Below are positions 9,565-20,006 of a stretch of 64,000 nucleotides of DNA, piece after piece. Origin of the DNA: a virus; IMG/VR virus record IMGVR_UViG_3300025697_000014, positions 20,952 to 84,951 of that record, one strand, 5' to 3'. The notes under the pieces are model-generated. The model searched no databases and was not told where the DNA came from. It saw only the letters and a program-made list of their open reading frames with translations. The position numbers and the translations under genes are program-made. Each line of letters starts with the position of its first letter. Position 1 is the stretch's first letter.

Positions 9565-10272
9565 TTATCTCCGTGCTTGATAGTTATGTATCTGTTCTAT
9601 GTGCTCAAGAAACTCATTGTAGCCAAGTGAAGCTTTTGCATAGTTACATTTACTACAACATGGCACAACGTTATCTTTAGTATAGCCATTACTTGGATTT
9701 AGTCTATCAAGCCCACTAACAGGGCAAGCTCCACAATAATGACACGACTGATGTATAAGAAGCGAGAACATGTCTTGCGTAAGACAAAACTGGATGTCGC
9801 GGCGCCCTGCGCTTTGAACATACTTCTTAAACACTCTTTCGTCTTCTCTGATATTCTCAGGGCGTCCATCACAACCAATTCTGCAAACCTTCATTTTGCT
9901 ACTGGTTAGATTCGCACCTCTGGTAATAACAGTATTACCACAATCGCAGATACATTCCCAGTATGAGAAATGCTCTCTCATTTCAACAAAGCGTAAAACA
10001 ACTAAGTGTCCATAGCGATTTCCGGTAATATCGTTAACTTCATGGTGTTTGCAACCACATGATTTTGTCACACCCTGTCGCAACGAGTATCCTCTTACAG
10101 CAATGTAGTTACCACAACTACACTTACATAACCACCAAGCACATGACTTACCTTCTACCGGATAAAGAGCGGTCAACTCTCCATACTGATGACCGCTCTC
10201 GTCCGTGGCGTTACAGTGTAGTTTAACTTCTTTTGGAAGATTATGTTCATGTAACACCATTGTATTACTCAT
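9565..10272 (-). CDS. Free-standing HNH homing endonuclease
   Basis: Two G.RYG.L.V...W.C.C.CGN repeats plus CHYCG...GLDR...GYTKDNVVPCCSKCN; visibly more AT-rich than flanks. Confidence 0.8.
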   Translation of the reverse strand: MSNTMVLHEHNLPKEVKLHCNATDESGHQYGELTALYPVEGKSCAWWLCKCSCGNYIAVRGYSLRQGVTKSCGCKHHEVNDITGNRYGHLVVLRFVEMREHFSYWECICDCGNTVITRGANLTSSKMKVCRIGCDGRPENIREDERVFKKYVQSAGRRDIQFCLTQDMFSLLIHQSCHYCGACPVSGLDRLNPSNGYTKDNVVPCCSKCNYAKASLGYNEFLEHIEQIHNYQARR

Positions 10273-10274
10273 TT

Positions 10275-11696
10275 CTAAAGCGAAAGCACGCTGCCACCAC
10301 GCCTGGTAGCACCGGTGTAGAAATGAACCTCGAAAGCATCGGGGTCAACCATCTGATACTTCAAGTAAGCGTCCCAGCTGAAGCTCCACACAGCCTTGCG
10401 AACGTCTGCGGGCTGTAGGATGTGGAACTGCGGAGACTGCATAACACCAGCAACCACACCAGGGTTACCAATGCCTTTCTTGAAGAAGATACCGGCGTGC
10501 ACAGGACGGCCCTTGATCAGCCACCCATACATACCTGTACCGAGCGCAGTCGTGTACTTCTCGTTCAGGATGGGTACACGGATACAAACACGGTTGTTGT
10601 CGTAGTCAACGCTGTAAACATCAACGTCGATATTGCGAGAGTCGTCCCACACAACACCGTCTTCTGTAGCCATAGCTGCATCAGCGGAAGGTCGTGTACG
10701 AACTAGAGTAGCCTTATCGCCAGCCTTGAATCCGGTCTCGGCTGTACCAGGTGTCGTAATACCGGACAACTGGATGTAGTGAGTGGCGTCGGGACTACCG
10801 ACGGCCCAGGTCGAGTCAACACGGGTTGTCTCGGGATCGGGGGCACCATCACCAACTTCGATAGCTTCGATCACAGATGCGCTAGCGAGAACCTCACCAC
10901 AGTTCCAGAGAACCATGCGCCAGTTGTGCATCCAAGCAACGTTTTCAAACTCAGCGATAACATAGTTGAGCAACGCGGGGTTCTGAACCGCCTTGTTCCA
11001 GTCGATGTAGTCGCTGGTATTTGCGAGGCTCTTCACAGCATACGTAGCCGAAGGGCTAACGATTGCGGGGAAGACACCCTCTGTTCCGATGGTGTAGTCA
11101 GATCCAAGCTGTACGGATCTGGCGATCTCGACATTGAAGGTATCAGTAGACGCTAGGTCGTGGAAACCAGTTGCGTCGTCTGCGAAGCTGCGGTACTTGG
11201 AGTTACTCAAGAACGCGTTTCGAGCCAAGATGTCGAGAGTCTCGGTCATTTGCGGACCCAGTCTGTTCTGGATGAAGCCGAACAGATCGGTTTGCTGAAT
11301 ACCCTCGTTGGCGAAGGTAAACGGATCTCGGCGGGCCTTCTCTGCCCACTGATAGATATAGGAGTCCCACTTGTGCGCCTGAATCATCGCACCGTAGGAC
11401 GTAACTTCGATCTGCTGTTCCATCGAATCGAAGTAGACGCGGGGAAGCGTAATACCACGGAGATCCTGTTCCGCGATATCGGGCATCACCGGCAACTCGG
11501 AAGTAATATTGATATACTTCGCGTGAGTTGGCAACATGTTGACCATGTGAGTAACGATGTTGAACCACATCGAGTTCTTCACATACGCAGCACCCATGTA
11601 CGGGTCCCACCATTCCCTGTTACGGGAACTTAGATCAACAAACGGCGTTTCGCTAGCGAGATACTGTTCGCCAGCCGCTGTAAATGTAACGGCCAT
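10275..11696 (-). CDS. Major capsid protein
   Basis: 473 aa directly after scaffold, strong GGAGG RBS, ETLDILARNAF helix typical of HK97-fold capsids. Confidence 0.75.
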   Translation of the reverse strand: MAVTFTAAGEQYLASETPFVDLSSRNREWWDPYMGAAYVKNSMWFNIVTHMVNMLPTHAKYINITSELPVMPDIAEQDLRGITLPRVYFDSMEQQIEVTSYGAMIQAHKWDSYIYQWAEKARRDPFTFANEGIQQTDLFGFIQNRLGPQMTETLDILARNAFLSNSKYRSFADDATGFHDLASTDTFNVEIARSVQLGSDYTIGTEGVFPAIVSPSATYAVKSLANTSDYIDWNKAVQNPALLNYVIAEFENVAWMHNWRMVLWNCGEVLASASVIEAIEVGDGAPDPETTRVDSTWAVGSPDATHYIQLSGITTPGTAETGFKAGDKATLVRTRPSADAAMATEDGVVWDDSRNIDVDVYSVDYDNNRVCIRVPILNEKYTTALGTGMYGWLIKGRPVHAGIFFKKGIGNPGVVAGVMQSPQFHILQPADVRKAVWSFSWDAYLKYQMVDPDAFEVHFYTGATRRGGSVLSL

Positions 11697-11710
11697 GATT
11701 TTCCTCCGGC

Positions 11711-12367
11711 TTAGGTTCTAGCTGAAGCTTCTAGTGCGTCTGCTTGCTGCATCAAGGCTAGGGCTTCGGTCACTTCCTTTTTGGCCATGTGCTTCTGTGC
11801 TTCGGCCCTCAAGGCGTCCGGTGTTTTGGTTGCTCCACTCTCGCCGGGTGATGTAGGAGGCTTAGCCCCCGACAACATACTGGTTGCGGCATTAGTTGCA
11901 ATCGTCTGGACTGATCCAGAGATGCTGTCTAGCGCTGCTATAAACGCATCATTATCTTCCGCAGAAGGTAGTGAATTGTTGGCTATGAGTGATGCGATCA
12001 CCGGTGACTCGCCCGCCTTTGCTGCCGCAATCTGCAAACGCGCAAATTCTTGCCTGGAAGACGATAGCTGTTCGCTAACATCCCCAAGATCCGTCAACTG
12101 CTTGTTAAGATCGGTACTAAGGGCATTTGCGGTCGTAAGATCTGTGGTAAGAGCTTGAGTTTGTGAGGTGAGATCACCTACATTTGCCTCAAGTCCAGAT
12201 ACCTGCTCTTTAAGCTCGCCAATGGTGCGGTCATTGCTGCCCTGTGTTCCTCGAAGCCGATTGATGGTAACATCACGCTCTGAGATAGTTGCCTCAAGAG
12301 CCTTGATGCGTCCGTCGTCGGTGCCAGTAGGGTTTGCTTCTCCCTGTCCAGCGTCATTTTCACTCAT
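11711..12367 (-). CDS. Capsid scaffolding protein
   Basis: Coiled-coil, acidic, between portal and capsid genes. Confidence 0.65.
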   Translation of the reverse strand: MSENDAGQGEANPTGTDDGRIKALEATISERDVTINRLRGTQGSNDRTIGELKEQVSGLEANVGDLTSQTQALTTDLTTANALSTDLNKQLTDLGDVSEQLSSSRQEFARLQIAAAKAGESPVIASLIANNSLPSAEDNDAFIAALDSISGSVQTIATNAATSMLSGAKPPTSPGESGATKTPDALRAEAQKHMAKKEVTEALALMQQADALEASART

Positions 12368-13902
12368 GTCTTTTGATCTCCTTTGTTACTGCCCATATGA
12401 TTTGAATCCCTTGATGCAAGCTCTCCAGAGGAACCAGTGCCGCCAAAGGCGGGACCAGGTTGTCCTTCAATTTCCTGCACCTGTTTCTTCCATGTCTTTA
12501 TTCTACTCAATTCTGCGGAAACGTCAATGATACCACCTAACATTGTTATTGCGGTCTCAGGTGACAGTATATCTGCTTGCACTCTGTTGATAACAGAAGT
12601 CACCTCTTCTAGAACATCACGCGGCATCATGGGGTACCAACCTACTCGTACCTTGGCATTCTTTGCCATATCAGTTGTGATACCGTACATATCTTTGTCA
12701 GCTGCTATGAATAGCATTGTCTTACATATCTTTGCTATAGCAGTTGTGAATGCGGAGCGTTCTTCTCCTATGTGTTTGACGAGGGGAATGGCGCGTAGGG
12801 CCAGTGACGCTGCGCTACGTTGTGAACCATCGTCGTCACCAAATACTACTGGTGGACAGTATGCTTCTGATCGTGCAATGTCTCGTAGGCTATAGACATA
12901 CTGGCCAGCGCTTTGTGCTGAAGAGCCTCTGTTGGGTGGATAGATTACCTTTGGTTCTCTGTTACCCTGAGCGAAGCCAAGGTCTATAACGGGCTTCACG
13001 CCACTGATACGCTTTACCTCTGCATTACGTACGTTGGTGAGCGCAGGCATGTTCGTTGCCTCTTCAGAGACGATGTCTCCTACATCTACCAAGCGGGCGT
13101 TGATTTCCTTGGACATCTCCCACTTGTTCTTCAGGAGACTCGTACCATAGAAGCCGCGCCTGGGTGGATGCGGTATATAGACATAGGGTATCCGGTGAGC
13201 AATTGGTGCACCCTCAGCCTTGCTGGCATACCAGGTTACTGTCTTGTTGTCTACACTGATCCTGTACTTGCCCTCTGTCCAATCTTCTACGTATAGCCCG
13301 ATATCGCTGTCGATCTCGACTCCTAGATCCCTAGCTTGGATCTTAGAAATCCCGTAGGCAACAATGACCTGAAGCATACGATCTAGGTTGTTGTGGCTCC
13401 AGACAGGGTTGAAATACTTGGGGTTCACTGTCTGTAGAGCAACGGGAATCTGGAAATCAACCGCACGCTCTGGTACATAGAACGCTCCTAGAGTACAACC
13501 ACCGTAGATCTGACTGTCGAGTGCGGCAACAGACAGCTTGCTGCGACTATCGTTCTCTTCCCAGATTGTGCGCAGAAACTGTGTCATCTTGTCAGCGGCG
13601 TTCATGGCAACATCGGTAGTGGCCTTAGCACCATTCTTCCATACCTCTACAGTAGGATCAACAGAAGATAGCGCTCCATCAGGCACCTCACCAAACAAGA
13701 AGGCTGTATGCATCACAGTAGGTAGCTCAAACACGTTATACCCAAGAGGGTACATCAATGTATCAGAACGTTCTGATACCGTCTCCCTCAACCAACTTCC
13801 GCTGAAATGCTCCTCATACTCTCGATAGTATGCCATCTGTCGATCCCAGTCGATGTATGGATAGCCTTCATTGCTTCCCAACACCTGATTTAATAGTATC
13901 AT
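12364..13902 (-). CDS. Portal protein
   Basis: 512 aa after TerL; IPYVYIP...FYGTSLL, SQRSAASL, W.PMMPRD and ILSPETAI motifs of SPP1-like portals. Confidence 0.8.
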   Translation of the reverse strand: MILLNQVLGSNEGYPYIDWDRQMAYYREYEEHFSGSWLRETVSERSDTLMYPLGYNVFELPTVMHTAFLFGEVPDGALSSVDPTVEVWKNGAKATTDVAMNAADKMTQFLRTIWEENDSRSKLSVAALDSQIYGGCTLGAFYVPERAVDFQIPVALQTVNPKYFNPVWSHNNLDRMLQVIVAYGISKIQARDLGVEIDSDIGLYVEDWTEGKYRISVDNKTVTWYASKAEGAPIAHRIPYVYIPHPPRRGFYGTSLLKNKWEMSKEINARLVDVGDIVSEEATNMPALTNVRNAEVKRISGVKPVIDLGFAQGNREPKVIYPPNRGSSAQSAGQYVYSLRDIARSEAYCPPVVFGDDDGSQRSAASLALRAIPLVKHIGEERSAFTTAIAKICKTMLFIAADKDMYGITTDMAKNAKVRVGWYPMMPRDVLEEVTSVINRVQADILSPETAITMLGGIIDVSAELSRIKTWKKQVQEIEGQPGPAFGGTGSSGELASRDSNHMGSNKGDQKT

Positions 13903-15521
13903 TGTATTGACCTCACTGAAGATCTCCTGTTGTTGATAATGCGTCCCCTAGACAACCTGCTGACCTCGCGTACCTCACCCTCGTCCAGATCCGTCGTCTC
14001 ACCTTCAACGAGGGGTAGAGTCTGATTCAGGATATACCCGATTATGAAGAGACAAGATGCGATGTCCTGGCGAAGCTGCTTGTCTGGCATGTGCCACATA
14101 AGTAGCTGGTTCCACACACTGTAGAGAGATTTGGGTATTTGGACAAACCCGCGCCCCATGAGAACCTTGAGACAGAGTACCATGTGCATCTTGAGTCCAC
14201 TCATATTGATTGGTGACCATAGACGGTCCTGATTCAAGACCGCAAGATCATCAAAGGCCTTCTGGGTACCCGTAGCATCAAAGCCAGCATAGTACGGGTT
14301 GTATTCCGTATAAGCAGCTTCCATTGCATTCAGGAATGGCCAGTATGAGCCATAGCCGTATACCCATTTGAATGATGCGAGAGTTGCGGGTTGCTTGGGG
14401 AAGTCGGTAACGTCAAACACCATAACTACCCCGCTATTGCGGTAGGGCGGGTTGCCCTGGCCAGGATCTCCAGCAAGGATGTAAAGATGTCCTCTCTGTG
14501 CTGGTAGTGACCATGTGACGGCCCCGGTGTTGGTAGCAGACTCCAGGAAGTATCCCGGCATACCAGCTGCGAGTGCGTCATTCATGATGGCATCTAGGCC
14601 ATCGCTCTGAGACATAACGATCAGATTCTGTGTGAACTCCTTACCCTTCGGAAGCGGGCGAACGGAGTGCATCAAACGCTGGGCCTCGTCCTTATCCCTA
14701 AACCTACGCTTGATATCACGCAAACTCTTCTCAGTCAGGTAAGGATTGTCATAGGAAGTAAGTAGTAGAGCTAGTCGTTCTGGATCAGCCTCGTAGTCAT
14801 CATACGTCTCCCACAATACAGGATTGTACGCACTGTTGGCCATAAGGACCATCTTACCCAAACGTGCTCTTCCACCGATCTGACCACGCAAACGAGTACC
14901 AAGGTTACCCATCACAGTTTCTAGGTCGATGGACTGGTCCTCTGCCTGGTCAACAACAGCCATGTCACCACTCCAGGTCATGATACCGCTAGCGTCACGG
15001 TCAATGGATTTGAACTCCATCGTAGAGCCGTTAACGAACTCTATCATAGGTTGGGGGCGCATACGAACATTCTTGATCCACTTGGTGATCCTGCGCTCGG
15101 CACCGAGATTATTGTCCCAGTCTATTGCGAATTGCAAGAACTCTCTGTATGAGAGGTCTGCCTGCCAGGACTTGGGGGCAGTACCGAGATAGCGAAAGTT
15201 TGGTAGCATACAGCATAGGTATCCCGCCACAAGAACCATGTTCAATGTTTTACCACATCCAATCGCGCCAATCATGATGATGTCAGAGTGGCCATCGAAT
15301 ACGATATCACTTGCCCATGGAAGCGGTTGAACAGGAACGAACTGCCCCTGGAGTAGAGGTGATGGAAACTTATCAGATGCAATACCAATCAGATCGGTAC
15401 GTGCATCCTTCTCTAGTCCTCCTATAGGAGCGCTCCAGAACTGCCAAAAGAGATCGATACCACCAGTCTCTCTTGACCGCGAAAGCTCCATAATCTCCAG
15501 TTCGATCTCTGATAAAAACAT
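13899..15521 (-). CDS. terL: Terminase large subunit
   Basis: Walker A GAIGCGKT, Walker B AVVDQAE, SYDNPYL; nuclease acidic residues GDPG, FDATG and QD. Confidence 0.9.
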   Translation of the reverse strand: MFLSEIELEIMELSRSRETGGIDLFWQFWSAPIGGLEKDARTDLIGIASDKFPSPLLQGQFVPVQPLPWASDIVFDGHSDIIMIGAIGCGKTLNMVLVAGYLCCMLPNFRYLGTAPKSWQADLSYREFLQFAIDWDNNLGAERRITKWIKNVRMRPQPMIEFVNGSTMEFKSIDRDASGIMTWSGDMAVVDQAEDQSIDLETVMGNLGTRLRGQIGGRARLGKMVLMANSAYNPVLWETYDDYEADPERLALLLTSYDNPYLTEKSLRDIKRRFRDKDEAQRLMHSVRPLPKGKEFTQNLIVMSQSDGLDAIMNDALAAGMPGYFLESATNTGAVTWSLPAQRGHLYILAGDPGQGNPPYRNSGVVMVFDVTDFPKQPATLASFKWVYGYGSYWPFLNAMEAAYTEYNPYYAGFDATGTQKAFDDLAVLNQDRLWSPINMSGLKMHMVLCLKVLMGRGFVQIPKSLYSVWNQLLMWHMPDKQLRQDIASCLFIIGYILNQTLPLVEGETTDLDEGEVREVSRLSRGRIINNRRSSVRSIQ

Positions 15522-16345
15522 TAGATTATCAACCTCGCTATTTTGCGATTCGGGTATAGATGGAACTCGTTAGGCCCAATGCCTTGCGGGTACATACCCC
15601 TACGTTCTGGGTAATGACCACGCGAATCTTCCGTAACGCCAGACATATAGCTTCCCGTTGCAGAATAGAACACTTTTCTGCGAGTGATGCGACCTGTCGC
15701 GCTATCCATAAGAATCCGTTCGTCTTGGGCAGCAACTCTTTTATGAGCGTGCCCTACACAGTAAAAGTCTGCCTCGTAAGCCTTTGGTAACTTCTCCAGC
15801 TCAAGTAGAATGGCTGACTTTGATCGTCCACCAGATACGCCGTGATGGAGATAGAATGTCGGTCTCCATATACACTTACCATTCGACATGAATCTGAGAC
15901 GAAGGAATCCGCCTGTGCCCAAGCGTCTTTCCTGTGGAATTCCGAGCGTATCGTTTAGCTCTCGGTAGATATCACGGGAGAAGTGCTTAGCCATACTGAA
16001 TTCGTGATTACCCTCGACTGTTGCAAGACATTTGTCTGCAATTCGTCCATAGATATCATTATACCGCAAAACCTGATATTTTGCAGGGTCACTCATCATA
16101 CTGAATGTAAACCACTTAGGAACGGCATTGTGTTCAAACCTTGGGTCTCCGTAGAGGATAAGCTCGCACATGTCGCCTGTGGTAACCCAGTAACAGTTGT
16201 CGTCTTCCGCAACGCGGTCTACGACATCAATCTGTAGTTTCTCATCGACAGCGTTGCTTCCTATGTGCTCGTCACCGTTGTGAATGATTGAAACACACTC
16301 GTCCATTCTGCGCGAAACCTCAATGGTATGTTCATATGCCCTCAT
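15521..16345 (-). CDS. Calcineurin-like metallophosphoesterase
   Basis: GDEHIG, TGD, GNHE, HHG, GHAH motifs. Confidence 0.85.
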   Translation of the reverse strand: MRAYEHTIEVSRRMDECVSIIHNGDEHIGSNAVDEKLQIDVVDRVAEDDNCYWVTTGDMCELILYGDPRFEHNAVPKWFTFSMMSDPAKYQVLRYNDIYGRIADKCLATVEGNHEFSMAKHFSRDIYRELNDTLGIPQERRLGTGGFLRLRFMSNGKCIWRPTFYLHHGVSGGRSKSAILLELEKLPKAYEADFYCVGHAHKRVAAQDERILMDSATGRITRRKVFYSATGSYMSGVTEDSRGHYPERRGMYPQGIGPNEFHLYPNRKIARLII

Positions 16346-16785
16346 TTTTTCTCCTTGTGTATCTCACACTTAGCATCGTACTGAGGAACAATACCAGCGC
16401 TTTCTAGCTGCTCCTGTAGCAGAGTAGCTATCTTACGATATTTCTCCGTAAGGATCTGGGCTGCAAGTAGCTGCTCCTGAAGAATACGAATCTCGATATT
16501 CTTAGCCTTGATCCTTCCGTCATAGAGACTGCGTTCTTTCTCCATCTCCTTTTCCTCTTTCTCAAGGTCATCTATACGCTCTCCAAGACGCAAAATTGTG
16601 TTCCACTTCGTGTCATTGACAAAGCGCTTCGTCTCTGCGTCTTGCTGGGCTATCTTGCCGTTGAGCACCCCAACTTCTGCCTTGCTCTTTCTAGTACCAA
16701 GAAGGTACGCGGCTAAACCCGTTCCTAATGCGGTTGCATATGGTCCAAGTGCGACCACGACTTCAATCAGTGTTGTGTCTGGCAT
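16342..16785 (-). CDS. Membrane-anchored coiled-coil protein (possible lysis accessory)
   Basis: N-terminal hydrophobic helix followed by coiled coil. Confidence 0.4.
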   Translation of the reverse strand: MPDTTLIEVVVALGPYATALGTGLAAYLLGTRKSKAEVGVLNGKIAQQDAETKRFVNDTKWNTILRLGERIDDLEKEEKEMEKERSLYDGRIKAKNIEIRILQEQLLAAQILTEKYRKIATLLQEQLESAGIVPQYDAKCEIHKEKK

Positions 16786-16793
16786 ATTAGCTC

Positions 16794-18344
16794 CTATTGA
16801 GCTGGTTTGTACCCAAGAGCTTCCACGAGAGAGGTTATTCCCAACTCGCTAGCAATCCATGCTTCGTCCATCTGCTGATGATTTCCTTCATCCCAAATCT
16901 CGCATGTGCCACCGTCTGGTACCTTCGGATCATTCATGAGGTTGCTCATTGTATGACCAAAGCAGTTCCAGTTAGGAGCTTTACCTTGAGCCATCCAGTA
17001 CTGGCATTTAGGATGCCACTGGTGATAGCCATCGTGTTCCCATAACGTCTGATCCTTATAGCCGTGTGTCTTCCTTTCATTAGAGACCCAGGGATCGTCC
17101 GAGCCGTAGTCTAGGTAGTACGGAAATAGTCCAATCTCTTTCATCCAGAGCTTGCGGTTAACAGCAACGCTCTGGTTGTTACCAAACGCCTTCTTCTTCT
17201 TGCCGGTTACATCACCATGTTCGTAGAAGTTGAGATTGAACCAGCGGTGTGTGAACGATTCGGGGTCGATGTTGTCCAGCAAGTGTTTGATATTGTGGAT
17301 GTCATCCTGCCAGCCAATGTTATCGATCTCCATCTGCAGGCCTGCTGTGAGTCCGTGGCTAGGTATAGTCACAAACACCTTCTTGCGTCCGTCCCGGGCG
17401 GCTTTGTAAGCTGCAGCAAGTGCGCCTGGTGGGAGCATAACTTCGGGGGTACTCCACATGATCACTCTACTGGTGGCGTGTTCTAGGACGTAGTTGATGG
17501 AAGCTGTATTACCACGCATGCCCATATCGTGTTGTAGCCTGTGGTACTCGATATTGAGACGATCCTTGAATGGTTCAAGTGTGCCTTCAACATCATCCTC
17601 AGACATATCGTCAATAACCATGAGTTTCCAGTTCTGCAGGGTCTGGTTACACAGCGTCTCTAGCGTGCGCTTCATCAGATGCGATGTGTTCCATACCATC
17701 AGGGCTAGTGTGAACTCTGAGTTGTCTGCGGGCTTTTCTGTGTGATGTCTGAGTTCTGGCTCAACGGCCTTAACGGCTTCTGGGACAGACTCAACATTGA
17801 TGAAATCGGCAATACGAGCTACCTGCTCATCTGAGTTCTCGACAAGCTCATCAAAGTCGATTGTCATTACGGGCCATTCTTGAGGAATGACTGACAGAGT
17901 GTGTTTAAGCGCGTCTTGATAGCGTTTCACAACTATCTTAGCGTTGTTCTCGCCGTTCACATCTGGTAGAACGTTTAGGGACTCTACAATACAATCGAAC
18001 GGTCTTTTGGTAACAATCACCCTGACATCTGTGGATTGAAGATATGGAAGCATTGCTGGAAGCGTGAAGCATAATCGTGGGTCTTTCATACCCCACAAAC
18101 CGTGTTTTCGCCTCTCTGCTACGAAGTCTGCACACCGCTTTTCAAGACCTGCTGTGGTAGTCAATTGTGGATCTTTCCAGTTACCACCGATGAGAGCCTC
18201 ATTAAGGTGATACAGGGTAGCTTCTTCGTAGTTGTCTGGATGTAGGCTTTCGCCAACGAAAACACCAAGCTCTTGTAGGATATGAGTAACTACACTAGTT
18301 CCAGTACGTCCAACTCCAAGTACAATAATACTACGGTCATTCAT
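16794..18344 (-). CDS. Sulfotransferase-like / GT2 glycosyltransferase fusion
   Basis: N-terminal GVGRTGTS and WGMKDPR (sulfotransferase); C-terminal LETLCNQT...VIDDMSED and YGSDD (GT-A). Confidence 0.8.
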   Translation of the reverse strand: MNDRSIIVLGVGRTGTSVVTHILQELGVFVGESLHPDNYEEATLYHLNEALIGGNWKDPQLTTTAGLEKRCADFVAERRKHGLWGMKDPRLCFTLPAMLPYLQSTDVRVIVTKRPFDCIVESLNVLPDVNGENNAKIVVKRYQDALKHTLSVIPQEWPVMTIDFDELVENSDEQVARIADFINVESVPEAVKAVEPELRHHTEKPADNSEFTLALMVWNTSHLMKRTLETLCNQTLQNWKLMVIDDMSEDDVEGTLEPFKDRLNIEYHRLQHDMGMRGNTASINYVLEHATSRVIMWSTPEVMLPPGALAAAYKAARDGRKKVFVTIPSHGLTAGLQMEIDNIGWQDDIHNIKHLLDNIDPESFTHRWFNLNFYEHGDVTGKKKKAFGNNQSVAVNRKLWMKEIGLFPYYLDYGSDDPWVSNERKTHGYKDQTLWEHDGYHQWHPKCQYWMAQGKAPNWNCFGHTMSNLMNDPKVPDGGTCEIWDEGNHQQMDEAWIASELGITSLVEALGYKPAQ

Positions 18345-19426
18345 ACAAGCTCCTCTAGACTTTCTGTAAATGTATCTATAACGGTATCAAACAACTCCGG
18401 GTTTCTGTAAAGATCGTAGAACATAGGCATGCTGATGAGTCTCTGCCATACTTCTTCAGCAACGGGTGTTTCACCATCAAACATACTATAGTGGTTCAGT
18501 GGTTTGTAGTGTACACCAGCGCTGACTCCTTTGTCTAGCATCTTGGTAACCAGCTCGTTCCTTATATGTGCTGGTACCCTGATTGGATACAAGTGCCATG
18601 TGTGTTGTCTGTGGTTGGGTGGGAGTAGAAGGTCTAGATATCCACGCAGTGCTAAGTCGTATTCCTTTGCTATACAACGACGGGCTGCGTTTAATCCACC
18701 TAGACGATGGAATTGAGCTAGGCCAATTGCTGCTTGTATATCGTTCCAGTGATACTTGAACCCGACTTCTTCTATATCATAGTCCCACCCATATCGATCC
18801 TGCGAGCGTTCCCAGGTGGACTTGTTGATCCCGCACCACCTTAACGCACGCATACGTTCTGCATAGTGGCGGTTATTGGTGAGAACTGCTCCACCGTCAC
18901 CTGTAGCTAGATTCTTGACTGGGTGGAACGAGAGACAGATCATGTCTCCATATCCAGGTGTTCCGCCGCAGGAATGTGCTGCATCCTGGATAACTGGTAT
19001 ACCTAGATCCCTACGGCCAGCTGGGTAGCCAGCGTAGTCAACTGCTATGATAGCCTTAGTGCGCGGTGTAATCTTTGCTTCTGCGCAGTCCCAGTCTATA
19101 CAGAGAGTCTTGGGATCGATGTCTGCAAGTACTGGCGTAGCCCCCACATAGATAGGAGCCAGACCCGTGCTCACAAATGTTAGCGGAGGAACGATCACCT
19201 CGTCTCCTGGTCCGACGTCTAGTACTAACATAGATAGGTGTAAAGCGGCTGTACCGCTATTCGTAGTAACGCAATAGCGATAACCGTATAACTCGGCCAT
19301 CTCTTTCTCGAATTGCTCAACAACCTTCCCAGTACCCCACCATCCAGATTTCAAGACGCTAACTACAGCGTTTATCTCGGCCTGGGTACAACTGGGTTGT
19401 AACAAAGGAATTACGTTGCTAGGCAT
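18341..19426 (-). CDS. DegT/DnrJ/EryC1/StrS family PLP-dependent sugar aminotransferase
   Basis: NSGTAALHL, GDEVIVPPLTFVST, QDAAHS, SFHPVKNLATGDGG. Confidence 0.93.
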   Translation of the reverse strand: MPSNVIPLLQPSCTQAEINAVVSVLKSGWWGTGKVVEQFEKEMAELYGYRYCVTTNSGTAALHLSMLVLDVGPGDEVIVPPLTFVSTGLAPIYVGATPVLADIDPKTLCIDWDCAEAKITPRTKAIIAVDYAGYPAGRRDLGIPVIQDAAHSCGGTPGYGDMICLSFHPVKNLATGDGGAVLTNNRHYAERMRALRWCGINKSTWERSQDRYGWDYDIEEVGFKYHWNDIQAAIGLAQFHRLGGLNAARRCIAKEYDLALRGYLDLLLPPNHRQHTWHLYPIRVPAHIRNELVTKMLDKGVSAGVHYKPLNHYSMFDGETPVAEEVWQRLISMPMFYDLYRNPELFDTVIDTFTESLEELV

Positions 19427-20006
19427 CCAAACTCCTCTTGTGTATAACGATCATGCTCTTGGAGAGATGCATGAACAATATACGGCTTTTGTCAAGACGT
19501 GGATCGCCCCACCGGCCATGTCCATAGTCATTTATCTCGTCTATTAGCGGGCGAAACATATCAACGGTTGTCGGTCCTCCATTGTTGTATTCTGTGCGAT
19601 ATCCAGCGCGTACATCTTCGATAATCCATAGTCCACCAGGTTTAAGATGCGGAAAGCCAAGATCGAAGGCTGTCTTAACATCTACCGATTGGTGGCTACC
19701 ATCATCGACAACAACATCGAACTCTCCAAGCCGCGACCATAGATTGCTATCTGTAGCATCGCCATGATGGAACTTAAAGCGTGGATCGCTTACATTGTTG
19801 ATTTTGATATCTATCCCGTCAACGAGTGAATCTGGCAAGTACTCAAGCCACATCTTAATAGACATACCCTCGTGAACACCAATCTCTAGCAGGTGTAACG
19901 GACGAGGTAGCCAGGACAAATACCACTCGTATCTATACAAGTAGTTGTTTGCCCTTGACGTCTTGTCCGTTCCACATCTCAGACCGATGTCATTCAGGCT
20001 TTCCAT
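19419..20006 (-). CDS. Class I SAM-dependent (sugar O-)methyltransferase
   Basis: GTDK, LLEIGV, FDVVVDDGSH, LKPGGLWIIED; start likely ATG 20006. Confidence 0.85.
   Translation of the reverse strand: MESLNDIGLRCGTDKTSRANNYLYRYEWYLSWLPRPLHLLEIGVHEGMSIKMWLEYLPDSLVDGIDIKINNVSDPRFKFHHGDATDSNLWSRLGEFDVVVDDGSHQSVDVKTAFDLGFPHLKPGGLWIIEDVRAGYRTEYNNGGPTTVDMFRPLIDEINDYGHGRWGDPRLDKSRILFMHLSKSMIVIHKRSLDA

Noticed and set aside
9565-10272. Group I intron interrupting the capsid gene
   Set aside because: The capsid ORF ends normally 2 nt upstream and there is no room for intron core sequence; the HNH gene is free-standing
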